Positions 25,846 through 39,053 of a stretch of 64,000 nt of DNA are shown here, one piece after another. Origin of the DNA: Balanoglossus misakiensis (lineage: Eukaryota > Animalia > Hemichordata); NCBI GenBank assembly GCA_040954595.2, contig CM082581.2, positions 1,170,699-1,234,698 on the forward strand, written 5' to 3'. The notes beneath the pieces were generated by a model. It was not told where the DNA came from and did no database searches. It saw only the letters and a program-made list of their open reading frames with translations. The position numbers and the translations under genes are program-made. How positions within the stretch are numbered: the stretch's first letter is position 1; each line of letters opens with the position of its first letter.

Positions 25846-27317
25846 GTAAGCACACCTTGCTGTATACATGCTCCATAGCTTGTTTGTAAATGCTACCTTT
25901 TCCCATCAAATAGTGAAGTCACCCTTTTAAAATTATGGTGGTGGCAAGCCACAACTGGTTATCATGAAGAGTTGGACACCACTAATAATCATTTTAATAT
26001 TTTCCAATTGGTAACCTTTATGTACCACTATCCTCAACAATTTCAGTCAACAAGATTCATATTGCGCTGTATAGCAAGGCCAAACAAATATGACTGATTG
26101 ATAGGGATTTTTCTGAAAATGTGACAAAATCAACAAATAAACAATAATCAGTCACCAATCATGCATTATGTGTTATTCGAGGGAACCTGAGCGGGTCCCA
26201 TAAACCTGCCAACCCATGCTAGCCATGACTTTACAAATGTTTCCGTCATACTATGCAGAAAATTCTGGCTGCCTTAAATAGGTTTTTCACTTTGCGCTAG
26301 GTGTCAAATCTCATTGCATTCTGGGCGGAAAGTCCATAACCAACTGTAGTAAGAGATAGAAGAAATGATATGTTTACTGTATTTCATGACTTCCTTCGGT
26401 CAAACATTTCTGTCTCGGTAGTTAGCATATTAAACTTTTTTTCACTTTTGCTATTTTTTCTGTTAAAAAGTTCAAGAATGACCCATCATCATTTTAGCTT
26501 ATGAACTCCCATTTCTTTAACATGGCAAAAATCGGCCATCTTGAAATTATCGACCGTATGAGATTTTCATCACTCATTTAGGGTAGCTTAAAACGTGTTT
26601 AAAGTAGGGAGAATTGTATAGGCAAGACTTGGGCTGTAAATTTGATGAAATAGCTACATGACTATTGTTCACAAGCAGCTGACTGTACTGTAAGACTGGA
26701 AGTGTTGTGTACATATTTTACATATTCAATATTTGTAATTAGACCATGTCATGTATATCTTGGGGATTGCTCGATCACAATGTCTCTGCTGGTACAATGT
26801 CCTTTTAACATGTTCAGTAATATGGTAGTAATTGTAAGTTTGTGTGCGGCATTTGTAAATTATTTACAATTTATAAATTATTTTGTAAGTTTCTTCATTC
26901 TCAAATTGCTTGCCTAACGTACTGCATTAACATTTAAATTTTGGTATGATTTTGAGTAGACTTTTTGTTTCAAAATTATTTTTGACACTTTTGGGTGATA
27001 TGATTTTACATGGAAAATCTGATTTCCCTGTAATTCGGTTGACAGGATTTTCATCATATCTCTAAATCATGAAGTACATGTATCAGACTTGCATCAGGCC
27101 CCCAAAATTCTAGTCGCCTTTGGCAAGTAATATTAGCCATTGATCTGGGAAAGTTACAAAAATGTGTTGTCCAAGGACGTTGAAGGTACATGTGGTTTTT
27201 ACACTTGCTGCATGTTTATAATTTGCAATAGAAATAGACACTCAGTGCCAGCCCACTATCCCGTCTCTTTATTGCTGACTTGTATGTATGTACGTATGTA
27301 CGCATTTTATCAGAATT

Positions 27318-30300
27318 ATTAGGTCCCATTTGGTATATGTATTTATACCATGGTACCTTACGGGATCAGTTGCACCTGTATGTATGGATGTTTGTATGTC
27401 CATCAACATCAAACATTTGGAAACTACTGGCATTTCACCTTGATATTTAATGTGCAGACAGGGCAGTAGATGGGAGTTTGTCTAAGTGAAGTTGTCATTG
27501 CCAAAATATGCAAATTAGCTGGGAAAGTGTCAAATTTGTCAAAACTTGGGAACTCAACAACTACTGGGCAAATTGCTTTCAAAATTGATAATTGGTATGC
27601 ATGTACCTTATGGTATCCTCTCACAATTCTACATGTTGTGAGCTAATAATGTGAATTTTCTATTTTTAAGCATTTTTTTTGTCTCTTTCCACATTGTCGG
27701 TAAAAACCTACTTTTCTGGAATTGATCAGCTGACTTGTTTGAAATTTATTATGAAGCTTCATAGGTGATCTGAGTTACCAACCATAGTTTTGTTTAAATT
27801 GTTGCCAAAAATTGCGTATTTATAATTTTGGAGCAATTTTTAGGTCCCATTTGGTTTATGTACATATATACGATTGGGACCTTATGGAATCAGTTGCATT
27901 TGTATGTATGAGTGAATGGATGAAAACCGCTGGGCATATCACTTCCATATTTAGTGTGTAGATGCAGGCGGGGCTGTAGATGGGATTTTGTTCAAATGAA
28001 ATTGTCATTGCCAAAATATTACCTGTGTAAATGTGAAATTGGTCAAAAGTCAGAAACTTGACAACCACTGGTCAGATTGGTATGTCAATGAACCCCATAC
28101 AGTCCTGTATGTTGTGAGCTAATATTATGAATTTTCTAATGTTTATTAATTTTTTTTGTCTTTTTCCACATTATTGGTAAAAAAAAATCTTCACTTCTGA
28201 AAGCGATAGTCCGACTCCTTCGAAATTTAGTATGAAGCTTCCTATGGGTGGTCCGAGTTACCATATTTTTTGTTCAGATTGTTGTAAAATAGGCATATTT
28301 ATAATTTTGAGCAATTTTGCCAATTAAGGTCAGAATGCTTTGCAATTTGGTAGGCAGATTCCCAGGGGTAACCCAAGGAAGATGTCATAAAAATGGTTAA
28401 AACTGCGTGCTTGTGTTATTGGGGATATTTTTTGCAATCTTTGTCAAAAACTGTTTTCTGTTAAACCGTTCAAACCCTTGTCAGATTACTTTGAATTTTG
28501 GCAGGAATGTTCCTTGTAGTGATTGAAGTAAGATGGTGTACAATTATAGAGATGTTTGCATATTTGTGTTTTTGCCACTTTTGAACAAATGTGTTTTTCT
28601 TTGAAACTGCTTTTTTGATGGCTTTGAAATATGGTAGGAATATTCCTAGGGGTAACCCAATTTTTAGCTCACCTGAAAATCACGTGAGCTTATAGTTTAG
28701 CGATGTCTGTGTATGTGTGTGTCTGTCTGTATACCCGATATCTCAAGAACCGCTGAACCGATTTCAACCAAATTTAGTACACAGGTTCAGATATCATATG
28801 GCAAGAACTGAAAAGGTTTTGGTGGGTGTGGCTTTGATATTAATGAAGTTATTAAAGTTTTAATTTTTCTATTACATGGTTGTCTATGAGAGCTTTCGTT
28901 AATGCTGCATATATGACCAGTGGAAACGATAGTTTGAGGAGATCGACTGTTTGAGGGCGCTGTGAAATGAGACATTCCTGGCGATATTGCCGTGGTTCTG
29001 TCCATGCTCAGACGCTGTACCCGTCGTTACGAATAACTTCCCTACGTGAATCCACAAGGAAGCTAACGTTGTTTAGTTGCTTCATAGAGCGTAAATTGTT
29101 AATCTACAGAACCGTCAGACGAATACTCTTTTCAAATGAAGTTTGAAACTACTTACGAGTAAGTTAGTGGAGACAATATGGCGGATAGTTGGCGTGCAGC
29201 CGAATCCGCGTTATGACTATGACGTGACCCATTCATCAAGACAAACCGTAAATGATTCACGCATATTGTGGTCCTCACGCAGTCAATCTCAAAATGTCAC
29301 CAGGCTTTCTATTTGTCTATTGTTCAGAGAAAAATAACATGGCGGTTGATCACACTCAACAGTAAAATCCGTTTTGTGTGTTTATAGACAGTCTGTTATC
29401 GCCAATACTATATAGCGATTGCTAGATGGCCTACCCAATATGTGATCGAGCGAGAATGATAACATTGAATGTCTGTTCAGATCTCATTCCGTACGTCATA
29501 CGTCAACATTTCGATTTCGATTTAATCCATTCATAAAGAATTTAGAGAAAGTCGTCTTGAATTGTGACCCCGACTATCAATTAGTTTACGATGATTTTTT
29601 GGCGACGGAATACACGAGACGCCATTGCATAACTACGTCAGCTGGACTTCCAAGGTTACCATTTTGTGTGTATGGAATCTTATCACAGAGCCTACGTACT
29701 TTGACAATATGCCATGCTATATCAATGACGCCCCAGAAAATTTGTCAAAAAATGAATTTGTCTTCTCATGGTGGTGCAATATATTTTAATGTCTATTTTG
29801 AGGTTGATTTTGGTTTTTGGCTAACATGTATATAAATGTCAGCTTATAGCATAAGTTGGTGTCCGTCGGCTATGTATGTCTGTATGTGTGCCTCATACAG
29901 AATTATGTATTTTGTGAATGGATCAGTTTCGTCTTAATGTATTGATGTATGTATGTGTATGTCCATCAACATCAAAAACTTGAAACTACTGATATTTAGT
30001 GTGTACATAGAAATTGTTATTGCGAAAAAATGCATACTGGTATTAACTGGAAAAATGTTCAAATAGTCAAAATTGAAAAACTTAATAACAGCGGATCAGA
30101 TTAAGTTAAAAATTGGCGTGCATTGGTGTGCAAGTACTTTGGGAAGACCTCGTATGATTTTGTTCAGGTGGAGTCAGTATCTGGCGTTTCCTATTTTTTA
30201 TGAATTTTTTGGGGAATTTTCTGCAGTTTTGTTAAAAAAAAATTTTCTCTGAAATTACATGTCCAATTGATTGGAAACTTGGTATGGAGGTTCATAGGGC

Positions 30301-30740
30301 TTACCTGAATCACATTTGTGCAAACGGTGGTGAAATTTGCAAAAATGCATTTTTGGGCAATATTTCCTGTTTTTGCCAAAAAATCCAATCCTGTGAAATG
30401 TAGGTGCAATTGTTTTGATACTTTGTATTTGGGTTTCTAGGGGTGATCTCAGTCAGATATGATCAAATTGTAATGAAATTTGCATAATTGTATTTTTTGG
30501 GAATTTCTGCAGGGTTTGGCCAAATAGTCTTCGGTAATACCACAAGTCCAATTGGTTGGAAACTTTGAATGGGAATTCATATATGTGATATCAGTCAGAT
30601 TTGTCTGAATTTCCTGTTGTTTGCCAAAATGTCTTCCTTATTGAAACTTGTTAAAGAGGTTCTTAGGCATGAACAGAAATCAGATTTGTTGAAATCTGGT
30701 GAAATATTCATACTTTTTGGTATATTTCTTGCCATTTTTG
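27318..30740 (+). mobile_element. Cluster of HINE/DINE-like elements (5' hairpin, GTAT/GTCT microsatellite, degenerate core repeats)
   Basis: TTAGGTCCCAT..GG(G/T)ACCTTA hairpins at ~27320 and ~27840, and TTTTTAGCTCAC..GTGAGCTTA at 28661. Each is followed by simple repeats and AAATT(T)GGTATG-type cores. Confidence 0.65.
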
Positions 30741-31256
30741 ATCAAAGAGTTTTAGAATTCCATAGACTTATTATTTTTATGCAGTTCAGGATGGGGTACA
30801 TGACTCATAACCCCTTACAAAAATTGACAAGGCAACAATTCCACAAACATGTTTACATTTCACAATGGTGCAACACACAACCCTTACACCATATACACTA
30901 TAAACCAAAATGGTTTAAAACTGGTTTTTCTAATCTTGTTATTCTGTCAACCAATCACAGTACTGCACGTGAGCATATTCAGTTAATATCTGGTTCCTGA
31001 TTGCTTTGGAAGTCAGTTAACAATTTCATAACACATGTACATGTATGTGCAACTTTGATTAAATTCTGGTTGTCAATATTTAGGTAGTTTGTTGTAAATT
31101 TCTTTGTTTTTGGATAGCAAATCTTTTTAACCAATTGCTCAGTTTCTTTGAAAGTTACTGTTAACAAGGAGAGTTAGTACACCCAACTTAGACTTTTACA
31201 CCCAACTTAGAGCTACTATGACTGGTTACTAACTTCTATATCTATTTGATTCACAG

Positions 31257-31331
31257 ATGCTGCCTGAAATTGTCTGCATTTCAACTCGGGATTCTCTTCC
31301 TCGTCTGGGGCGAGTTTAAGACCGCTCAATG
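31257..31331 (+). CDS. Putative mini-exon A' (duplicate of A)
   Basis: Four substitutions versus A, three of them synonymous in the open frame. Splice sites intact. Confidence 0.45.
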
Positions 31332-32508
31332 GTAAGCATGACTTGCTGTATATTTGCTTTTATCGGGCGTGGCACAACCGAAACAATAGGAAACAATGTA
31401 TGTCTACGAACTAATTTACACCTTCCAGTTATCAATACTTTTTTCCTTCGAATTCTAGCCTCGATTGCCTGTGATGTGATCGTGATGACATGAATTAAAT
31501 GGTCAAGTTCAAATCTTCATGTGAAGCATAAATTAAATTTGGATGCATTTCCTTAACCATATAGCTAGAAATTACTCCCATACCAATACACGGGGAGATA
31601 CCGTAATTTTGGCTGAAAGTGTGCTAGTCCAACACTATGCTTCATCAAACTGGCTAAGAGATCTATTATTATATATAGACACATGAAGGAAAGTAATGTT
31701 GTTTATAGTGAAATAAAACAATACCTTAGGCCACAAAGAAAAATATAGATCACGACACAAACAGGCTGGAGTTTTTTTCAAAAATGTGTGCATAAGATCA
31801 TATTGGCCCATGGTAATCAAAGCCAAAGCAGCCCAGTTCCAAATTCGAAACTCAGCTCAGTACCAGAAACTTGCTCAAAGCTACCAAATGCACAGAAAGT
31901 TTTGAGAATCTAGATGAAAAATCACCAAGCGACTAGTGCGCTTGTCTATGTTCAATGTGTCTTCCCTGGTAACAACATGTACTTCTGCCACCATGCCATG
32001 AGATATACTGACAGCCACGTTTGAAACATTTTAGTATACTGATATTCAAAGTTTAAATGTAAAGGCTTACTTTTCTATAGTAAAATAAATGTTTTATAAT
32101 TGCCAACAATTTACATTCTTGCGCTAATCAGTTGTATGAAAAGTGAGGTGGATCAAATGTAAGTTTCATTTTCACAACAAACATTAAGAAATCATTGTAC
32201 AGTGTTACGTAGATGTCAAAGTGTGTGTACACCTGTCGTTTACAGATATGATGTCAGTTTCACTTGTCACCTAACTGCCATGTTTGTGGTATACCCATGT
32301 GGACCACTTTACTGCAGTACTGATGTAAATGGAGTTTCAAGATCGCTGTTACAGATTTCTCTGATTCGTATTCCACGTACATTATCGCAGCACAGTCTGA
32401 CCCTATATTATACCATGTTTTGCATATTTTCACTAATTAGTATGGCCCAAATAATTCTAAAGCAAGGTTGATTGGTTACTAATTGATAAGCATATATTTG
32501 ATTCACAG

Positions 32509-32581
32509 TCTTAAACACAGCATTTCAACGTATGCCGGAGGAGGAAGAGAATACCTAGGCCTGATCCAAGACCGCTTTCCG
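32509..32581 (+). CDS. Putative mini-exon B' (duplicate of B)
   Basis: 73/73 identical to B while the flanks differ. Splice sites intact. Confidence 0.45.
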
Positions 32582-33012
32582 GTAAGCACAACTTGCTGTA
32601 TACATGCTCCATAGCTTGTTTGTAAAGGCTACCTTTTCCCATCAAATAGTGAAGTCGCCCTTTCAAAATTATGGTGGTGGTAAGCCACAACTGGTTATCA
32701 TGGAGAGCCCCATATAAACTTACCAGCCCACGCTAGCCATGACTTTACAAATGTTTCCGTCATACTATGCAGAAAATTCTGGCTGCCTTAAATAGGTTTT
32801 CACTTTGCGCTAGGGGGTCAAATCACATTGCATTCTGGGCGAAAAGTCTACAACCCACTGTAGTAAGAGGTGGAAGAAATGATACATTTTGTGTATTTCA
32901 TGCTTTGGTCAAACATGTCTGTCTCCGTAGTTAGCATATTAAACTCATTAAATGTTTTTCACATTTTGTTATTTTGTCTGTTATGACCCATTATCACTTT
33001 AGCTTTAGCTTA

Positions 33013-33581
33013 GGCTCCATTCACAAACACCTCTGGATGGGGGGGGGGGGGGAAATTCAATTTTTTTACTGCTAATTTTCACATGCCCCCCCCCCCTGTA
33101 CACAACCCGAAATATTTTCAAATCCCCCACCCCCTTCTGAACTGCCAAAATTTTAAAATCCCCCCCCCCCATTTTCTTTCACAGAGCAAAACACATCACT
33201 TATCTATCTTGTAAAAAAGAAAAACAGCGCTCCCATGAAAAGACTTTGAAACTGATGTTTCCCCTCATCAGTGGGTATTAAAACTGAACATGGTTTTTAT
33301 TTTTTAAGTATTTGTATTCTGTGTTGGGAGACATTGTAAACCGGGAATTGAAGGGGGTGGGTGTGGGAAGGGGTGTCCCCCTCCCACGTAAGAAAATTTT
33401 ATAAAATACAGAGCTCAAAGCTGCATTTTTATGAACCCGGCAAAAGCAAATTAACTCAACTACCAGTATGTTGGGGAGGATAAATTTAACCGTCGCCGCT
33501 CAAAGTTATCATGGGGTGGGGGCAAGTCCCCTGACATGGGACACTAGATAAACCAGTTAATGATTGAAAGGTGTTGATGAA
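33013..33581 (+). mobile_element. PIF/Harbinger-like MITE, 3'-truncated copy
   Basis: TTA|GGCTCCATTCACAAACACCTCTGGA start. Colinear with the first ~560 bp of 60831-61630. Confidence 0.88.
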
Positions 33582-35475
33582 ATAGCTACATGCCTATTGT
33601 TAACAAGCAGCTGACTGTACTGAAAGAATGGAAGTGTTGTGTACCTATTTTACATATTCAATATTTGTAATTAGACCATGTCATGTATATCTTGGGGATT
33701 GCTCGATCGCAATGTCTCTGCTGGTACAATGTCCTTTTAACTTGTACAGTAATATGGTAGTGATTGTAAGTTTGTGTACGGCATTTGTAAGTTATTTTCA
33801 ATTTATAATTTTTTTGTAAGTTTCTTCATTCTCAAATTGCTTGCCTAACGTACTGCTTTAAAATTTAAATTTTGGTATGATTTTGAGTAGACTTTTTGTT
33901 TCAAAATTATTTTCGACACTTGACATTTTTGGGTGATATGATTTTACATGGAAAATCTGATTTCCCTGTAATTCGGTTGACAGGATTTTCACAATATCTC
34001 TAAATCATGAAGTACATGTATCAGAATTGCATCAGGCCCCCAAAATTCTAGTCGCCCTTGGCAAGTAATATTAGCCATTGTTGTCCAAGGACGTTGAAGG
34101 TACAATTGGTTTTTAAACTTACTATGTAGGCATTTTATCAGAATTATTAGGTCCCATTTGGTGCAGGTATATGTATTTATACCATGGGACCTTATGGGAT
34201 CAGTTGCACCTGTATATATGGATGTCTGTATGGATGTTTGTCTGTATGTCTATCAATATCAAACACTTGGAAACCACTGGCATGTGACCTTGATATTTAG
34301 TGTGGAGATGCAGGCAGGGCATTAAGTGGGAGTTGTCAAAATGAACTTGTCATTGCCAAAATATGCAAATTAGCTGGGAAAGTGTCAAATTCGTCCAAAC
34401 TCGGGAACTCGACAACTACTGAGCAAATTGCTTTCAAAATTGAAAATTGGTATTCCTGTAAGTTATGTTAACCTCACACAGTTCTATATGTTGTGAGCTA
34501 ATGTGAATTTTCGATTTTTTATGTATTTTTTGTCTCTTTCCACATTATCGGTAGAAAATCTGCTTTTCTGGAATTGATCAGCTGACTTATTTGAAATTTA
34601 GTATGAAGCTTCATAGGTGATCTGAGTTATCATAGTTTTGTAAGGTCCCATTTGCTTTACCATGGGACCTTATGATATCGGTGGATGTATGTATGTATGT
34701 CTGTATGTCCGTCCACATCACAAACTTGAAAACCGCTGGGCATATGACCTCGATATTTGGTGTGTAGATGCAGGCCAGGCTGAAGATTGGAGTTTGTTCA
34801 AATGAAGCTGTCATTGCCAAAAATATGCAAATTAGCTAGGAAAATGTGAAATTGGTCAAAACTCAAACTCAACAACCACTGGTCACATTCATTTGAAAAT
34901 CAGTATGCATGTACCTTATGTCTTCCTCAAACAGTCCTGTATGTTTTGAGCTAATATTATCGATTTTTAATTTTTTATGCCAAAAATCTTTTATGCATTT
35001 TTTGTATTATTCCACATTATTGGTAAAGAAATCATCATTTCTTAAAGTTATAGGCCTCATTCTTTGAATTTTAGTATGAAGCTTCTAATGGTTGTCTGAG
35101 TAACCAAAGTTTTGTTCAAATTGTTGAAAAATTTGCATATTTTAATTTTGAGCAATTTTTGCCACTTTTGGTCATTTTTTTTTTCTTTAAAACTGCATGC
35201 CAGATTGATTTGGTAGGCATATTCCTAAGGGTAAACTGAGTAAGATGTTGTAAAAATGTTTTAGTATATATTGTGTTATTGGGGAAGGGGGGGGGGGGGG
35301 GGGTTACTCAAACATTTATAACACCCAGCAACTTTTGGTACTGGCAGGGTTTGTCCTCCAATGATTTCAACATCCTGCTAGGAATACAACCTCTCCTCAA
35401 CTTTATAAATATAGGGCATGACATTGCAGGTTTTTTGAGAACACTGTTTAAAATAACCCTCATCAAGCCTGTTAA

Positions 35476-35888
35476 GGATGTACGTTCAGTAAAATTGAAA
35501 GTATTGTCATTTTTTTTAATTGTGGATTTTTGGATTCTCCTTTGTATGTATAATGAAAATCCGTAATAAAATATTGGGGTCACCGCGCTTGTTTTTGAAA
35601 TACAGAGCCATGAATTTAGCCGATAATAGAAGAAAACTGATGACTCAGCATTTTTCACCAATGGTTTGTCTATGGGCAAAATTTTTGACGCAATTTATCT
35701 CAAAATAGAGAGCGGTGACCCCTATATTTTATTTGCCCAATGAATTTATATTTGCTGGATTGAGCTATGTGTAAAATTTCGTGAAAATGACAATAGTAGA
35801 AGTTTGTTTTCTAGCAATTTTCAATGTAATCCTATGGGAAAAAGACCGGGCGCGCACTGTTTCCGGTTTATGTTCTGCGCGTACATCC
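35476..35888 (+). mobile_element. MITE family B, full copy
   Basis: TTAA|GGATGTACG ... CGTACATCC|TTAA. Confidence 0.93.
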
Positions 35889-36439
35889 TTAACTTATTTA
35901 GACAGACTATTATCCAGAATGAAACGAAACATGGATGCAATAAAAAGATCTTGTGCAATAAAAACCAAGTTGATCATAACAATTATTTGCTAAGTACAAC
36001 ATGTACATCACTAATAGAAGTTATGGCTATAAGCATAAACCTGTTTGTTTTGCTATCTTCACTATTCATATTATCTGACTATATTAATACATTTGCAAGC
36101 ATACTGTTTCAGACATAGCGAATTTGATAAACATCTACAAATATATTTTTACCTGTTGAAGTTATCAAAATCCAGACACTTGACAAAAGGACATTTTTCA
36201 TCCCCTCTATAGATTGATAGTCTAACATAGCAGGCAATCTGTTTTTAACAACTGCAGAAGCCTTCATAAAAAGTTGTTGGCCAGAATGAAAGCTTAGGGG
36301 GACGTAGGATTTCCTACTTTTTAGGTTATTTTTTCTATGGCCCCAAAAAGCTATGACAAAAAATTGATGACCCCCTTGGAATTTATAATTCCCCCCCCCC
36401 CCTATCATACCCTGTCCATATTCTTATAAATGTCAATAA

Positions 36440-38990
36440 ATGCCATACAGTCCTGTATGTTTTGTTTTGAGCTAATATTATGAATTTTCTATTTTTATTG
36501 TTTTGTCTTTTACTGCATTATTGGTAAAGAAAAATCTTCCTTTCTGAAAGCCATAGTTTTTGTTCAAATTGCAAATTGTTGTGAAATTGGTATATTTATA
36601 ATTTTGAGCAATTTTGTAATTTTTGCTCAGAATGCAGATTCCTAGGGGGGTAACCCAAGTAAGGTGTTGTAAAAGAATTGTTTAAAAAATAAAAATATAT
36701 TTGTAGATGGTTATCAAATTCGCTGTGTCTGAAAGCGCTTGTCAGATTGCTTTGAACTTTGACATGAATGTTCCTTGTAGTGATTTAAGTAAGATGGTGT
36801 ACAATTATAGTGATTTTTGCATATTTGTGTTTTTGCCACTTTTGAACAAATGTAGTTTTGTTTAACCCCCATCTTACCCTATCCATATTCAAATAAATAT
36901 GAAAAGAAATTTCTCACAGATATTATTTACTTTGATAATACTATCATTTGTGTAACAACTAATCAATCAAACAGTCAATAATCATAAATTGGGAGTTCAA
37001 AAATATCTATAAGGGAGATTTAAAACCCCGTTAGCAACAACTGTTTGCCATGTTTTCAGTATTAATGTTTTGTGTAGCTTCTGCAGTTTTTAGGTCCCAT
37101 ATGGTATGTACCATGGGCCTTATGGAATCAGTTGCGTCTGTATTTATGTATGGATGTACTGTATTTTCGCGAGTTAAATTTTTCGCGATATCGAGAGAGG
37201 CCACTGTTTCGCGTGTATTAATTTTCGCGTTCTCTTATTTCATTCACTGCATCGTTATCTTCAAAAACAATTTACGCGACTTTTTATTTTCACGTTATTT
37301 TGGCTCTCGCGTATTTGACGAAAATTAATTGCTCGCGAAAATAAAGTGTTTTACAGTATGTCTGTCTGTTTGTATGGATGTATGTCTGTATGTCCGTCCA
37401 CATCTAAAACTTGAAAACCGTTGTGCATATCACCTCGATATTTGGTGTGCAGATGCAGGCTGGGCTGTAGATTGGAGTTTGTTAACATGAAAATGTCATT
37501 ACCAAATATATGCAAATTAGCTGGAAAATGTGAAATTGGTCAAAACTCGCAAAATTCAACAACTGCTGGTCAGATTGATTTGGAAATTGGTATGCAAGTA
37601 CCTTATGCCTACCTCATACAGTCCTGTATGTTTTGAGCTAATTTTGATTTTCTATTTTTGATGCATTTGTTTGTATTTTTCAACATTATTGGTAAAAAAT
37701 CTTCATATGAATCTAAAATTACTGTCGAATCATCCAGTGTGAGTTAGCACTGTAATTAGCAAAAGTTATAAATCCACAGTTACCCAGCAAATTTGATATA
37801 ATGCTTCACATAGGTATTGGTTTTGAACATCCTTCAGAAAGGGTATGAATATTTTAAAATTTTTACTGTTGCAACCCAGACTAGTTTATTTCTGAATAAA
37901 CAGAGAAATGACAACCGGATAGATTATTCTTCTGTACTAAAGACATATGCAGACACAAGAAATAGTCTGAACATTTTCAGTACATTACTAAAACAGTGTC
38001 GGTACATTGTACTATAAACTGAGGAAGATTAGTGACTATTGTTTGCCAAAAATGGTCCCAAGTCATTTCTCAAGCATAGCAGAATAGTAGCTTTGAGTAG
38101 CAAAGTGTGATGATTTAAAATGTAAAAAGACAACACCAATCTCTAGCTCTGCTCTCAGCACTGCAAAAGTTATCTGACAGGTAGATAGATGTTCAGTCAT
38201 CCTATGTCTGTCAACATTTTTCTTTTCTGAAATCACTGGCGCAAGTGCTTTTAAAATTGGTGTGCAGGTTTCTTGGGGTGGCGAAGTAATGTGTGTTCAA
38301 ATTGTGTTGAATTCTGCATATTTGTAGTTTGGAACAAGTTTTTTGCTGTTTTTGGAAGAAAAAAGCTAAGCTCGTAGATTACTTTGACTATGCAGGTTTC
38401 TAGGTATGACACAAGTTGTTTCTTCAAAATATGGTGAAATTTGCATATTTGGGGGGAAATTTTCTCTGAAATTTAGTATTGATCTCCCTGAGGTATGTGA
38501 CATAATCTGTAATTTTGTATTTTGGAGACAGTTGCCTTTTTGTACAAACAAAAAATCTTGTCAGAATATGCATGTCTGATTGCCATGTCCACAGGGGTGA
38601 TCTACTTTTATTTACATTATAACCGAATCTGTAAAGTTTTCATAATGATCTTTAAAATAGGTACGTCTAATTGTTTTGATCTTTGGTATGAATTGTCCCT
38701 TGGTGATCTTAGTCAATGCTTTTGAAATTCCGCTGAATATTGCATTATTATTTTGTCTAAGTCTGAAGAGTAGTCATCATCTCTGAAACCCCTTGACCTA
38801 AGTCAGGTGTCAAATAGTACAATTTGCAGATTTGTTGCATTGGAGATATTGTTGCAGTTTTTGAAATTCAAGATGGCTGCCAATGTCTGTGTTAACTCTA
38901 TGGAAAAACATTTATGTAAATACTTTTCTGAAAACAAGGCGGTGAACATCACATTTTTGTTTACAAACAGTAATAGAAATAGCTATCATT
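36440..38990 (+). mobile_element. Further HINE/DINE-like copies and core repeats interleaved with unique DNA
   Basis: TTTTAGGTCCCATATGG..CCATGGGCCTTA hairpin at ~37088, followed by a GTAT/GTCT microsatellite and the same core as 27.3-28.6 kb. Confidence 0.6.
37159..37356. mobile_element. TA-flanked MITE family C (CTGTA...TACAG, Tc1/mariner-type), inserted in a microsatellite
   Basis: TA|CTGTA ... TTTTACAG|TA. Reverse complement of 58665-58871. Confidence 0.85.
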
Positions 38991-39053
38991 GTTTCTGAAA
39001 ATCCTAACTTGTAGGATTCTTTTTCAATCTCTGGCATCAGCAGAGACAATTAA

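Larger units (their letters stand above)
24724..28660 (+). repeat. Segmental duplication, copy 1 (copy 2 starts ~31210)
   Basis: Colinear high identity, e.g. 24771/31257, 25773/32509 and 26702/33634, with copy-specific indels. Right boundary approximate. Confidence 0.9.
31210..35280 (+). repeat. Segmental duplication, copy 2
   Basis: Paralogous to 24724-28660. Has extra sequence at ~31780-32396, lacks the MITE at 25088, and contains the insertion at 33013. Confidence 0.9.

Noticed and set aside
37809-38017. Plus-strand exon-like open frame after CACATAG
   Set aside because: No recognisable motif, a weak donor and no paralog to test, so support is insufficient.
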